Shown: in pieces, positions 39,121 to 53,256 of the stretch
How positions within the stretch are numbered: the first letter of the stretch is position 1
Layout: every line of letters begins with the position of its first letter
Source: Octopus vulgaris
Lineage: Eukaryota
Reading direction: 5' to 3'
Length of the DNA stretch: 64,000 bases
Assembly (NCBI GenBank): GCA_951406725.2
Contig: OX597816.1
Location: 147,746,001-147,810,000 of the forward strand
Program-made: the position numbers and the translations under genes
Notes under the pieces: model-generated
Told to the model about the DNA's origin: nothing
The model's database searches: none
Seen by the model: only the letters and a program-made list of their open reading frames with translations

Positions 39121-40691
39121 AATGGAGTTAAATGTAGGTGTTAATTGTTAGCAATGGAAAAATACATACACATCTCTCTTTCTCTCTCTCTTTCTATATA
39201 TATATATATAGACAGAGAGAGAGAGAGAGACGGGGGTGGCATTAAAATATCCAAATGCGCTAACATTAAATATTGTAAATGTCTTTAGATAACTGGGATC
39301 GTGGATAGAACGCACAAAGAAAATCAGTGAAGTATGTATTGATTTGACATGGTCAGCTATAAAAAGATATCCAGAATAAAGAAAAGAAATCTGATCACCT
39401 TAAAATACAATGACTTAGAGTTCTATTGAAAGCGTATTAATAAAGAATTCCGATTAGTGAACACTTACCAAGTCAACTGGTGAACAGGCTGAAGGGAACA
39501 TATAGCAAGATGTTAAAGAAAAGGTCATACGTCTCTTGGAAGCACAATTTACCAAAAGGCGTGATATAAGTAAATACAGGATCATATAATTTCTAAACTC
39601 ACCATCTATGCCGATGAGACTGCTGTTTGTTCACGTCTTAAGAAAACTTTCAGACTTGAGCAATGTATCTCTCTTGAGGGTGATCTTCACAGGGTACTGG
39701 CAGACTGGTAATGTTTGATCCTGGCAAGACAAAGCTTTTGTAAATTATTCGTTAAAGGTAGCCATTCCTTGTGTCCATTACTATAAACCGGATTGCTCTT
39801 CCAGAAAGCTGTAAGAGCCTTATTCATTATGTATTTTTCTTCTTAAAAAGTCTTTCTTTAGAAATGGGAGCTACTAACCTATCTGCTACTAACAACTTTC
39901 TATATGGTAGAAACAGAAAGCTACCTCCAGAGGAATAAATTTTATATCGAAAGTTATATAATTGCTTGTACGATGCAGAAACCACTTCAGTAGTTATTGT
40001 AGTCTATTTGTTTTTTTATCGTTTTTTAACTAATTCTGTGTATGTGTGTTTGTGTCTGTGTGTGTGCCTGTGTGTATGTGTGTGTGTGCACGCACATAAT
40101 AATGATCCTGGTGGCTGGTAGAAATAAACGAACGCTACAAAGACACAGTGTCGGAGATAGAATCATAAAGCCAAGGAAGGAGGAAGAAGTGGAAATGAGG
40201 AAGAGAAGGAGATGTGCACATTGCAGAGTAATTATGGTAGGAAGATTTATATAAATGAAATCTTTACTTTATCTAATTTTAGTCTAACGTAACAAATATT
40301 TTTGTTTTGACAATAAATATTCATATATTAATTTCGACATTTGCGTTTAATATCAAAAAAAATTTTATAACAGCTAAATTTTAATGATTGCTTGTACGCC
40401 ATGTTACCTCCTATTACCCATGGTGTCAAAATATACTCCAAATGTCACCCAATGTTATATGCATCTATGTATATGGTAAAGGTGCGTTGCCTAGTGGTCA
40501 CAACTTTGTATTCATAATCACAATTTGTAGTTTCGATTCACAGACCGGCGCAAAATGCTTCATCTTACGTCACTCAAGTCCACTCAGATGCAACTGGGTA
40601 AACCCTGCGACGAACAGATGCTCTGCTGAGGAATAATGTTGGCCTAACCAGCGGGATGATATCATTCGAAAGCTACAAGAACGCAATGAAG

Positions 40692-40895
40692 TTCAATTCA
40701 ATTCAATTCAATTTTTATTGGCTCAAAAAGCAAAAGCAAGGCCATGTAGGTGGAGCAGGGAGTTATGTACATGGAGGGTGGTCATACAAAGAGTTCAGGC
40801 CATTTCTGGTCAAGAGAGACTTTGAACCGAGCGGTCGTCGGCATCTTCACTATCACGTCCGAAGTGCACTGCGACTAGCGGTGCAGAACAACATT
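40692..40895 (-). mobile_element. 3' end of an unidentified retroelement with a (TTGAA)n tail
   Basis: Minus strand ends gccaataaaaa(ttgaa)n; GC-richer than the flanks. Confidence 0.5.
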
Positions 40896-41871
40896 CATTA
40901 CTGATACGTGTGTATATACGGGGAATGGTATGTATGTGCTTCTCTATATATGAATGAATGGATGGATCAATGAATATTTATCACCGTCAGAGGTACTGTC
41001 ACTTGATATCCTGCTATATACAAGGCGCATACGGTAATATTCTCATCAAATAACATATCAAGCATTCACAGACTAATATGTCATCTTCCGTACAAGCAGG
41101 AAAGGAGGAAATGTAGTTGACAGTTGCATGTACATTTATGGCGATAGTTTTATTGACGTTGTTACATTAATTCTGAATGTGGAGCACCTAATTACTTTAG
41201 ATGATAGCAACATGCAGAATGCACACCGCGGTAACAAATATAAAATAGATGTATTTGCATAATTTAACGTACCATCATATTCTTTGTAGCTATTATACAC
41301 TTGCCTTCAAATAGCTTGCAATATTTTCTGTAACCCGGTTATATTTGTCGCAACAAACCACGTAAAATTAATTAAAGGCCTCAGGGGCAAACTGTTTATA
41401 AAATAAAGGATTGTCTAATTATGAGAGAAGAAAACATTAGATTTAGGATAAGTTAGAAAAAAATTATATTCAGTTGACTCAAACAATCTGCTCAGATTAG
41501 AAGTATTGATAATATATCACATCTCGCAATAACATGTCTTTGAGCATCAGTCTGAAAGCAATGCATCACTGTCCAAACTAAAATTTCTCAGGTTTCGTTG
41601 CAAATCAATTAAGAAAAATATCTCGACGCTAAACTGGCCCAAACGTTTCTGTGCGCGAAAGTGACAGAAGCACAATGCAAACAAAGCGTTGCGTATAACC
41701 AGATTGAAAGGCCAAAAATATAACTTAGAGAGAGAAACTTATTTTCAAATTCAGAAAGTTGATAAATCACTATCAAGAGAAAGACCGTGATAAAATACCC
41801 TACACAAGGCTTGAAAATAAAAGAAAATATTTGAAACTTTCTTTGAGTAAACACACTGCGAATGATAATCT

Positions 41872-42283
41872 CTTGCAAGACAGACGATTTGCGCTGGTAT
41901 GGTCAAGTGATACGTATTGACCAGGAGAGTTGTGTGAAGAAGTGCCGCACTCTAGCGGTAGAGGGAACCTGTGGAAGACATGGGACGAGGTGGTGAAGCA
42001 CGATCTTCGAATGTTGGACCTGTCAGGTGACTGAGACCTTTGGTGTTATGCCGCGCTTCAGAAGACCTACCGAGTCAAGTGAGATCGTAGTCGTGACCGA
42101 TGCCACTGCCGCTTAACTGGTACGTAAAAAGCAACCACTATAATCTTTGAGTGGTTGGCCTTAGGAAGAGCATCCAACTGTAGAAACCATGCCAAATAAA
42201 ATTGGAACCTGGTGCAGCTCCCGACCAACCCATGCCACCATAGAAACTCGGTTAAATGCTGATGATAATGATGACGATGATAA
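41872..42283 (+). mobile_element. 3' end of an RTE-like LINE/SINE with (GAT)n tail
   Basis: LRWYGQVIRI..CVKKC..GTCGR..TWDEVVKHDL; 3' UTR ggccttaggaagagcatccaactgtagaaaccatgcc; gatgataatgatgacgat. Confidence 0.7.
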
Positions 42284-42291
42284 TATATGTG

Positions 42292-42328
<37 letters not shown>

Positions 42329-42331
<3 letters not shown>

Positions 42332-42831
42332 CAACAATTGAGGGTAAAATTAATTAATTAATCAATTTCACCAAGTATTCAGTATGCAAAGGGACCATTT
42401 AAGGCGAATTCAAATTATTACATTATATAAAAGGGCTTAGTAAAATAAATTACTTTGCCGCATACTGAACTCATTAGAAATAGCAGCTAAAAAAACTTTT
42501 TTTAAAACTATTTCCAATACTTAAAGAAAATCTCTCTCATATAGTGTTTGCTCAATTCAACTCACGAAAGTATGAGGATAGAAACATTAAAAAATCAAAT
42601 GCAAAGGTTTGCAAAAAATCAAATGCAAACCTTTGCATTTGATTTTTTAATTTTTTAATGTTTCTACCCTCATACTTTCGTGAGTTGAATTGAGCAAACA
42701 CTATATGAGAGAGATTTTCTTTAAGTATTGGAAATAGTTTTAAAAAAGTTTCTTTAGCTGCTATTTCTAATGAGTTCAGTATGCGGCAAAGTAATTTATT
42801 TTACTAAGCCCTTTTATATAATGTAATAATT
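42329..42831. repeat. (TA)n-flanked element containing an approximately 200-bp-arm near-perfect palindrome
   Basis: 42413-42613 is the reverse complement of 42624-42831 with a few substitutions/indels; 10-nt spacer. Confidence 0.92.
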
Positions 42832-43136
42832 ATATATATATATATATATAACCACTGAGCACTAGCGGAATATTTACAGAATTTGATTTAAAAAATGATA
42901 GTCTTGCAGTATTTCTTCCGGCTATATTTACTCTGATTTCACATCACACCGAATTCAAATTTGCTCTTCATCCATCCACAGTCGATATGTTAACGAGCTA
43001 GTCAGGTACTGGAGTCGACTTAATTGACTAAACCCAACCCACTTCAAAACTGCGGGTCTTAAAGCTAAATTAGAACAATAATTCCGAAACAAACAAAAAA
43101 ATCAATATAATATTCTGTGCGTGGGTGGGTGTGTGT

Positions 43137-43184
<48 letters not shown>

Positions 43185-43863
43185 TGTGCTTTTAAATGTT
43201 TCAAATTACCATTTAATGGTATATTTATTTTATGACGTTGGAATTACGATTTAAAATATGACATTTACAAAACTTAAACACGGATCAGTGAATTCTGTAT
43301 ATCATGTCATTTGTGTTACAGTGAAATACAGTCATCTATTGTCTTCTTTGCTAAGTTTTACTTTTGATATGCTTTTATTGAACGCGAATTTAAGTTCCTA
43401 TTTGCAAGTAATCAACACTTTATTAATTTGAAACATATTTCCTTCGTATATACTAGTGGAAGATTTGATAGATTATTCATTATTATTTAGAATCCGCAAA
43501 TATTTTCGCCTATAAATAATACAAAATGTTTTAGATGTGCTTTATACATTTTCCCGATATTCAGTTTCTTTTAAAGATTTGAATAACCGTGAAGTAAACA
43601 AGTAGAATAATATTTTCCTTTCTTTTGTTAGCAGGATTCTTTTGATGTATCGAATTAGCGTAAGTTGGGATTAGAGGCTTGTTTACGAATTCTGAATAAT
43701 GAAACTGAATATACACATGTATGACATACACACACATAAACACAAAAACGCACATACAATCACGCATATTATACATGTGTGTATGCACGTGCGTACATGT
43801 ATATGTAATTATTTCGCATGCATGCGTGTGCGTATGTATGTGTGTATAACTATATGTGTATGT

Positions 43864-43920
<57 letters not shown>

Positions 43921-43935
43921 ATCCAAACATGAAAA

Positions 43936-43981
<46 letters not shown>

Positions 43982-44386
43982 GAGTGTGTATAATGTATGT
44001 ATGTGTGTAAGGAAGTTTATGGAAATATGTTAAGTTTATATTTAGCTTTTTCCATTGAAACCGTTTCTTAAGGTACGGAAATGCAAAGAAATTTTCATAA
44101 ATCGCTTCATAAATAGATAAACATTTCTAAACAAGAGGGGTGTATGCATATAGGAATGATAAAATATCAACATATTCAACCTTTCAATGTAGGATTAAAA
44201 TAAGAAAATTTGCACAAGGGAGCAGGAAATGTTTTGCTGCCGATTATCCTGTTGAATAGTATCCCTGTAAACCGGAGGTTCTACGGTTCAAATTCCATTC
44301 ATTCTTTTATACTGTATTTATCACCTCATTTCTTTTAGCACCGCTCGACTGTATGAAATTAACTGTTTTGTATGATATCCTTCGTA

Positions 44387-44780
44387 GCGCAGGCATGGCT
44401 GTGAGGGTAAGAAACGCGCTTTGCAGCCACACGATTTCAGATTCAGTTCCTCCCATTGTATGGCATCTCGGTCTAGTGTCTTCTGTTATGGCCCCGGGGT
44501 TACCAATGGCTTGCGAATGTATTTGGTAAACAGAAAATGTGCGGTACTCCGTCGTGTACGGTTGTGCATGCGTGTGTGTGTGTGTGTGGTGATCGCCCCC
44601 ACCGCTTCATAACTGGTATTGGGATGTTTACGACTGCTTAACTTAGCAGTTACAGCAAAAAGACCGATTTAATATATGCCAGATATAAAAAATAAATAGG
44701 CCGATTTGTTCGACCAAACCCCTAAAAGCGGTGATTGAGCATGGCGGAAGTTCGATGGCTGTCGCCAGTAAAAGAGAAAA
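44387..44780 (+). mobile_element. Diverged family-2 SINE
   Basis: gcgcaggcatggctgtgagggtaagaa head; colinear with 20432-20830. Confidence 0.6.
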
Positions 44781-45537
44781 GATAGAACCGGAGACTTATC
44801 TCTAGTATCATAAACGTTAAATGTTTGAGGAACCTTCCATCTCTGTTTAGAAAGTTGACTTGTAGACGTCTAAAATTTAAGATGGTTGCTGATAGTCAAG
44901 ATAAAATTAATTATATCTATAAGGTTTTTTTTAAAAATTACGTAATATACACTTAGACGAAGGAAGTGGAGTTACTGAATCTAAAACTGATTAAAATCCA
45001 AATATTTAATGTTGAAAGCGCTATAATACATTATACCGTGATATCTAAAGCTCAACAATAAAAGACCAGCACCTAAAATATGTGGAACTATCTTGCTTAA
45101 AGTTGAATATAACTAACAAAAAGAATAAACATGGGAAAAAGGAAACTAAACATAAAGCAGACAAAATGAGGTAGAAAATTCTAGTAACCGTTTTGAATAG
45201 CTGATACAAAATATAAATGTAACGACTTCGAAAAAATATGACGGAAATTTTGACGTTTCGTAATATATTGAATTATTGAAAAATCAGCGAAAATAATTGT
45301 TTGTTTTATTCCATTGTTCTGTCGGAAAGATGACTTCAAATATGACACTTCTGTTTACGTGCAGCTCAGTTGTTGTGTATTATTAAATTAAATTTCTAAG
45401 TCTATTGCAATGAGTTAAAATATAATCAATTATAATTATGGTATGGCTATCTTAATAAAAAGAAAACAGGTTTATATTATTTTATTAGAGAATGCAAAAC
45501 CCTCACTTCGTAGTTCATATTACAAACCAAGAAGGGT

Positions 45538-45760
45538 GGTGAGCTGGCAGAATCGTTAGCACGCCGGGCAAAATGCTTAGCGGTATTTCGTCCGCGTTGC
45601 GTTCTGAGCTCAAATTCCACCGATGTCGACTTTGCCTTTCATCCTTTCGGGGTCGATTAGATAAGTACCAGTTACGCACAGTGGTCGATGTAATCGACTT
45701 AATCCCATTATCTTTCCTTGTTTGCCCCTCTATATTTAGCCCCTTGTAGGCAATAAAAAA
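45538..45760 (+). mobile_element. Family-1 SINE monomer
   Basis: gagctggcagaatcgttagcacgccggg..gtcgactttgcctttcatcc..aataaaaaa. Confidence 0.85.
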
Positions 45761-46187
45761 CAAATATGACAAACCAGGAGCGATGAGAAAAGGAGATGCC
45801 ATGTAATATTGAAGGTTAGCATATTTTGTAGCAAACTACTTCACGTAACTAACACGAATGGAACAATTCCATGAATTAATGGAAAACAATAATTGTTCAT
45901 TTACTGTAGAAACTATAATTATTGCATTTCCTTGCACCATATATTAGAGTGTTTAGATTAACATCGATTTATGGATCAACAAATGAACATCCGTTAACCA
46001 TGTTATGAATTTGGATTGTCAGAATTGCTATAGTACCCAAGTAAATGCATCGTTTCACGTTCTGTGTTCCAACTCTCCTGAAGTTGATTCTGTCCTTCAT
46101 TCTCGGCGGGGAATGGATAAATAATGACCAGACAATAAAATCGACTATTTTCTGTTATCCATTAATATTATTGATGCGAGGAAGGAG

Positions 46188-46376
46188 ACGAGCTCGCAGA
46201 ATCGTTACCACATGAGCAAAATACTTAGCGGCATTTCGTCTGTCATTATGTTCTGAGTTCGAATTCCGCCGAGGTCGACTTTGCCTGTCATCCTTTCGGG
46301 GTGGATAAATTAAGTATCATTTGCTTAGTGTCCCCCTCCCCCAAAATTTCGGGCCATGTGCCTAGAGTAGAAGAGG
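46188..46376 (+). mobile_element. Family-1 SINE with the alternative 3' tail
   Basis: Same head/core; tail cccctcccccaaaatttcgggccatgtgcctagagtag. Confidence 0.8.
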
Positions 46377-46881
46377 ATATTATATTACGTAAATACGGAA
46401 AGCTAGATTTATAATTTTAAGATAAGCTGAGGTATTGTTGATTTTAGTGCTTATAGAACTTAGTATTTCTGTTTACATATATTATAATTATATTTACTGG
46501 TACTAGCTCGATGCGAAAACAATCTGTTTTCTACACTAGATCTAACAAAAGAGTAAACTCCTCTCATAACTTGCTTGCTTTAAACAATGCTTTCAGTAAT
46601 ACCCAAGCAATGCTACCGAACTGTTCTGAATAAATTTGATTTTCGTTCTCATGATTTATTATATGAATGCCCTAATAGAGAGACTCGATAGCAAAAAGCT
46701 TTTCAGCTGTAACCAATCCATCCTTTGCAAATACATGTACACCAAATGACATGACATCAGCCACTGCGTCCATTATAAGACGATAGCGTGTGTTTTGACT
46801 GAGATTCTGCTGCTATTTCTAGCGAGTGGTATGAACAAGTAGATGTTTCCTTCTAACTCCAGATATGCTGGAATGGTAAAT

Positions 46882-47395
46882 TTAATTCGTTGAAATAAGG
46901 TTTACAATGCTGAACGCATATCGGATCATGAGTAAAACTATGTAGAAGACGAATTTATTCAGTACAAGTTTATCCGAGTTCTTCTGTGAAACAGTAACAA
47001 TGAAAACATTTGGAAAAACTTTCTTTATAGAAAGTGAATCCAAACTGATGTAAACAGAACTATCAGGACGAATGTAATAAATAAAATAATCAATAGGGTT
47101 TAAATTTAAAGGAGAATGTTGATATTTGATATAGACTTCAAGGAATGGAATATTGGAACTACTCCAACAACTGTACAATAGACATTGTACTGATCTTCTA
47201 CGCAAGAAAAAACCAGCATCTTTACTTACTTGATATGGCATTACGTAACATTTTACCACGCTACCTCTATTCATAGCAAAATATAAGAAAATATGTACAA
47301 CAAAAGTAAAAGTAACAACCAAGATATTTAGCAACATTTGAACACCAAACGCTATCATATTAATAGCATTAATATCTGCACGATTTCATACAATG
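46882..47395 (-). pseudogene. Possible decayed, intronless Cys-loop (nAChR-like) receptor fragment, Cys-loop to M3
   Basis: Colinear resemblance: KSC..AFGVQM (Cys-loop PFDVQ), YSCW..IPFLEVYIK (loop C/beta10), YFIYYIRPDSSVYISL (M1-M2 LPxDSGEKISL), NVFIVTVSQKNSDKLVL (M2-M3); 158 codons open in AT-rich unique DNA. Confidence 0.4.
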
Positions 47396-47420
47396 TTAAT
47401 ATAACAATCTAATTTAAGTT

Positions 47421-47462
<42 letters not shown>

Positions 47463-49299
47463 CACTCTCGCTCTATACCTCACTCAATCATTCCCCCCCT
47501 CTCTCCCCTCTTATTCGAAATCTTTCTAGTAGTAACGAAGCATACTTTATAGTGAAATAGAATATCAGAGATAGATATTAGCCAATGCGTCCATTTTAAG
47601 ATGGAATTTGATTTGAGGGAAAGAAAAACTACCATTTCTAACTGGTTGAACAACCAAGTGGGGGTCTTGCTCTGAATGTATTTATAAAAATACATATCGG
47701 ATCTTTGACTTTTGATGGGCAACTCGATTAATTAATTAACTAAACACTTTGTAACTTCGGATACTGGTAGAATGCGTTATATAGAACATCTTTTACTCTT
47801 AGCGATGTTGAGAAAAGCTTCTATTTTCGAAGATATTTCGTGTTAAAGTTGTCGTATTTCGGTAATTTCAAGCAATCAATCACGTGTATTCAGCTGAATA
47901 AAATTACTGCTGTTGTTTGTCAATATGACACATTCGACTAGTATCCTAGTTTCAAAGTTCTTAGTTAAAGAAAATTAATCGAGCTGCCCGTGTAAAAGAC
48001 AAGATCCTACATATCTTTGGCATGTAAATTGATAGGTTTACAATACTGAACTCATAACATCTTCTTGGAAAATCTTAGTTTCTATAGAGTTTTCATTTTA
48101 TTTCTCTGAAGAATAGTGTAAAATTAATGTAATTTTTATGACGTCATTTTACATCATTCTAAAAGTTAAGACAACGTGAGAGTTTGTATGTTGGTACTCA
48201 ATCTGCATGAAATAGCCGACATATCTCTCTCAAATTTATTCCATCTTCTTATGAAAACAACTTATTGCATAGCATAGAATTTGATTCACTAAACCTGAAA
48301 AGAAAACGAAATTGATATAGCTCTAACACATTTTATTCTTCTTCTGCTCCATTGCGGCTAACCTAGGGTTATACAACAACATCATTGCATCTCCATGCAG
48401 TAATATCTACTCTGGGTTACGTAACAATAAGAAAGCTATTTAAATCAAGGACACATGTTTAACCTTGTTCTGATCGATAATAACAATGAGTTGTCAGATC
48501 TGTGTAAATCCGCTACTTATTTTCAATATCTAGTTCAAATTAGATTCTTTAAATATGTATCTTGATTAGAATACACAAATCAATCAGGATACTTGAATGT
48601 AAGAATTCACAAGTCTCTAATTCAATATTTCATAGTAGAAATCATTTTACCACAACTGCAGGCCCGTGTGGATGAACAATTTCTTCCATAATAATTCTAG
48701 GAAATTTAACCAAATTATATTGAAATGTTTCCTCATGTTGCAATATGTAATATAACAAATCTTTGGGGATAAGCACTGAGAACTATTTCGAAGCAAACTA
48801 GCGTGAATTACATGGACAGATATTAACATTAATAAAGATATAGACATGTTTCGTTAATAGGCTATATTTTGAAGCATTCAAAACATGGACGGGCAAACAC
48901 CGGTTGGCCGCATTACGCTTCAAAACACATTTATACGGCCTGGAGATACTATATATTCGAACTGTTTTCTATTTACTTTCTTCATTAACTTTATCTCCGA
49001 AAACGTGGATATTTTACATTCACGGTTTCGATTTTCGAAAGCCACCAGAATAACTTTAAAATCATTGCACATTCAGCAAATGCGTGCTCTTAACATAAAG
49101 CAAGGGTAAATCGGCGCGATGGAAGTGTAACAAAGTTAGGAGTGGAATTATACACAATATATCCGATGAGCTTTTATGACAAACGCCATTACAGAAAATA
49201 GTATGTAGAGAGGAACCTCTGGATTAGGAAAACAAAATTTACACCACCTCCGTCTCCCCAACCACGTGACACGTACCCATACGCTCGAACATGGATGGA

Positions 49300-49680
49300 A
49301 GCACTCCGTCGGTTACGACGATGAGTGTTCCGGTTGATCCGAATCAACGGAACAGCCTGCTCGTGAAATTAACGTGTAAGTGGCTGAGCACTCCACAGAC
49401 ACGTGCACCCTTAACGTAGTTTTCGGGGATATTCAGCGTAACATAGAGAGTGACAAGGCCGGCTCCTTGAAATACAGGTACAACAGAAACAGGAAGTAAG
49501 AGTGAGAGAAAGTTGTGGTGAAAGAGTACAGCAGGGATCTCTACCACCCCCTGCCGGAGCCTCGTGGAGCTTTTAGGTGTTTTCGCTCAATAAACACTCA
49601 CAACGCCCGGTCTCGGAATCGAAACCGCGATCCTATGACCGCGAGTCCGCTGCCCTAACCACTGGGCCATTGCGCCCCCA
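49300..49680 (-). mobile_element. tRNA-derived SINE, family 3 (well preserved)
   Basis: Minus head ggggcgcaatggcccagtggttagggcagcggactcgcggtcataggatcgcggtttcgattccgagacc (A and B boxes, tRNA-like) followed by a non-tRNA body. Confidence 0.85.
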
Positions 49681-49879
49681 CTAAGCTCGAACATAGTTAC
49701 AGATCGACTGATTTTTTCCAATATAAGATCAACAGGTTGTTTCATATAAAATCAACAAACTGCTCCATCAGGATCACAGAAAGGTTTATCTGCAGCTGAA
49801 ATGAATAATTAACAGATGTGAGAAACCTGATGCTGAAGAATGGATAAAAGAAAAAATCATAAGAAATATACTGAATAGT

Positions 49880-51128
49880 TGGAGGAATTAAGTTCGGAGG
49901 TCCAGGCCCGTATAGAGTACAAGAGTATTGCATGAAAATTTCCCGAAGCGGATGAGCAGAGAAAAAGCGTTTCTTTGCCAAAAGTACATTAGAAAAGTTA
50001 AAGCAGTGGTAAAGACCGGCCAATCTCCTGCCTACGCTTAATGTGAAATGTACCTCATGAGAGACATATTTCAGGAAGGTAGTCTGTCACCATTCATTGG
50101 AGATTGCTTGGAAAGTACGGTTTGCTTTTTGTATAAAACTCCGCACGTCTCTAAAAGTGGAGAAAAGTTGAATCGCCTAAAAAAGTATGAGTATAAACGA
50201 AAAGGCTTCACCGAAAATAATGAATATAAGACCCTGTGAGATTTTACATTCCCGTGTAATTCAGTGATTGATGCTCGGAGACCAGATACAGATGTTGTTC
50301 CCAATATGAAAAGAAACCAAGATCATAGACATTGCCATGCCTGAGAATGTACGAGTGGATGATAAAGAACTACTACATTTTGAAAAGCACAAGACGCTAA
50401 AAGATGAGATTGGAGGAATTTGGCAAATGATGAAAGTAACTATCATCTAGCTAGTTTTAGGAACATTGAGAAATTTGTTGGAGTAATTCGCTGTTCAGCG
50501 CCCAGGATGAAGCTCAGAGAAATAATTACACTAAGTTCTAATTAGTTAAGAGCAGCGAATTGCCTCTATGTAGGATATAAGACAGCAAAAAAAGGAACAA
50601 TCTCACATATTGTTATTAAGAGTAGCAAGCTCTAAAAAAGGTGGCACTATAGCTTGGCTAGGTTTGTTCAATGGAGATTGTGTGAAAATTACGGCCTGGA
50701 CAGAGCACAGAAATTGTACGAACAGGAATCAGGGGTCACTGAAAACAAGGAATATAGGATACTGTGGGATTTTACAATCTAATGTTACTCCCTAAACGAT
50801 GTTCGGAGACCAGACATTGTAGTGGTAGATGAAGGATAAAAGACAAACTAAGATTATAGTTATTGCAATCCCTGGGAACGCATGCATAAATGACAAAGAA
50901 GTAGAAAGGTTTGAAAAGTACACAATACTAAAAAACGAAATTGCAAGAAGAATGTGGGCTATGAGAAGAGTGTCTGTCGGCCTAGTAGTTGTATGGTCAC
51001 TCGGAGCACTGGCGACCAAGTTCGAGAAATATGCTAGAGAAATCGGAATTTACATGAGAGCAGAGCAAGCCCCAAAAACTGCTCTGCTAGTGAATGCTAG
51101 GATTTTGAGATTGGTTCTTAGGTGTTGA
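49880..51128 (+). mobile_element. Cluster of decayed Dong/R4-like LINE fragments (RT and RLE)
   Basis: RDIFQEGSLSP; TL*DF..ARRPD; ILWDF..RRPDIVV..IIVIAIPGNACINDKEVERFEKYTILKNEIARRMW..LGAL. Confidence 0.8.
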
Positions 51129-51154
51129 ATGTCTTCCATGAATATTAATAACTA

Positions 51155-51675
51155 GAAGAAGAAGAAGAAGAAGAAGAAGAAGAAGAAGAAGAAGAAGAAG
51201 AAGAAGAAGAAGAAGAAGAAGAAGGAGGAGGAGGAAGAAGAAGAAGAAGAAGAAGAAGAAGAAGAAGAAGAAGAAGAAGAAGAAGAAGAAGAAGAAGAAG
51301 AAGAAGAAGAAGAAGAAGAAGAAGAAGAAGAAGAAGAATGCAGCAGTACAAACAGAACAGACAGAACCATTAAAGCTAATAAACCGTACGTTGTTGTGAA
51401 AGACCACAGCAATAAAGTTGAGTATCCCTAGTAGTCATAATATCTCGGCAAAAGAATTTGGTGAATTCAGAAAAATATAAAGATTTGGTCTGGGAAATCG
51501 AAAAAATGTGGTATCTCAAGACGGTTACAATATCAATGATTGTAGGAGCACTTACATTGATTAGAAAGAAAAGGAAGTGAAAGTTAGTTGAAAATGATTC
51601 CAGGGTTACTATCCATGCAAGAATTCCAAAAGATTGCTTTTAACTGAAACATCACACGTATTGAGAAGAGATTTT
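51155..51675 (+). mobile_element. (AAG)n tract followed by another decayed Dong/R4-like RLE 3' fragment
   Basis: TDRTIKANKPYVVVKD..KYKDLVWEIEKMWYLKTVTI..IVGAL..QKIA..TSHVLRR. Confidence 0.75.
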
Positions 51676-52504
51676 GAGGCTGCCACTCTTTCACCGGTCG
51701 TGGTGTAGGTTCAGCAGGAATTGTGCTCCGTGGTATGTATAACATATTTTACAAGGCGCTGACACCGACTTCTTACATTTATTGTACGCCATCTGTGTGT
51801 ATTTGTGTATGTGTAAGCATGTTTGTAAAATATATAAATAACATCGTCATACGCACACCAGTGGAACATTTAGATAATAACTACTCAAGCTTCTCAACAG
51901 TCACCATTATAGCCTCTCTTCCTGTCCTTTTATTAAAGCAGATAAATTTTATTCCACATAACTAACAGCGAATTGAGGTTAAAATGTCATAATAAAAAGC
52001 TAAAGAAACAGAAATAAAAAGCAAAACTAGCAGACATACGACATAATAGCTTTCTTGCTTTTCTCTATGAAATAATAGTCTGAGCTGTCAGTTTGGCACA
52101 TGATGATGTGTATTGTCCGTTTCCTTCTCTGCTAACACTGGCAAATATTTAGAAATATGATTTATAATATATAACATTAAAACCCAAAACATATCTGATC
52201 GGGTAGATGAATCAACACCTGTGTTGAGAATATTTTACGTAATAAAATTGAAGATGTCAGACAACATAAATTGCAATTCAAAACGTAAACTGTTTCATAA
52301 ACGTTACTGCGTAGGAAGAGATATTTTTGGAGAAGAAGCAAGAGTATATAAGCCAGGTTGAAGAAGTAATTAACTCACGAATTCTATATTATTTAAATAG
52401 TGGGACAGAGAGAGTGCATGTAAGTAATAGTTGAAGCTTCACAGATCGAGTAAAGATTAACTTTGTGACTAAATTACAAACAAAATCTACTTTTTCCATT
52501 TCCT

Positions 52505-52893
52505 ATTACTCTTTACTCTTTTACTTGTTTCAGTCATTTGACTGCGGCCATGCTGCAACACCGCCTTTACTCGAGCAAATCGACCCCAGGACTTATTCTT
52601 CGTAAGCCTAGTACTTATCCTATCGGTCTCTTTTGCCGAACGGCTAAGTTACGGGGACGTAAACACACCAACATCGGTTGTCAAGCGATATTGGGGAGAC
52701 AAACACAGACAAACGCACACACATATATATACATATATACGGCAGGCTTCTCTTAGTTTCCGTCTACCAAATCCACTCACAAGGCTTTGGTCGGCCCGAG
52801 GCTATAGTAGAAGACACTTGCCCAATGGGACTGAACCTGGAACCATGTGGTTGGTAAACAAGCTACTTACCACACAGCTACTCCTGCGCCTAT
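52505..52893 (-). mobile_element. Family-2 SINE (well preserved)
   Basis: Reverse complement of the 20432-20830 sequence, with B-box ggttcagtccc. Confidence 0.85.
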
Positions 52894-53256
52894 GAGACAA
52901 GATGTTAGTTACATCTTGTCTGATGTACACTCTCGCTCGCACACATACACACACACCACACGCAGATATATACATATATATTCTTATCGATCAACTTGCG
53001 CAGATGACTTCTCTATGGTGATTAAATATTTGTCCTGCACTTTAGCTCCAGCCAATCGACACTCCCTGTACTAAATTATTGTGCCCTTTGCGTCAGATGT
53101 GGAGGTTATCGCAGGACAACGTGAGACGAAATGTGCTGCTCAAGAACGCAACTCGAGAATGTAACCTACGATCTGGCGTGCAATACACTAACTAGAAGGC
53201 TATGCGCCTTCACACACAAAAACACACACATACATACACATAAACACACACATAAA

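Noticed and set aside
49605-49680. tRNA gene
   Set aside because: The tRNA-like head continues into a repeated SINE body found elsewhere in the window.
51670-51740. Possible exon end with a GTATGT donor
   Set aside because: No acceptor, partner exons or recognisable peptide.
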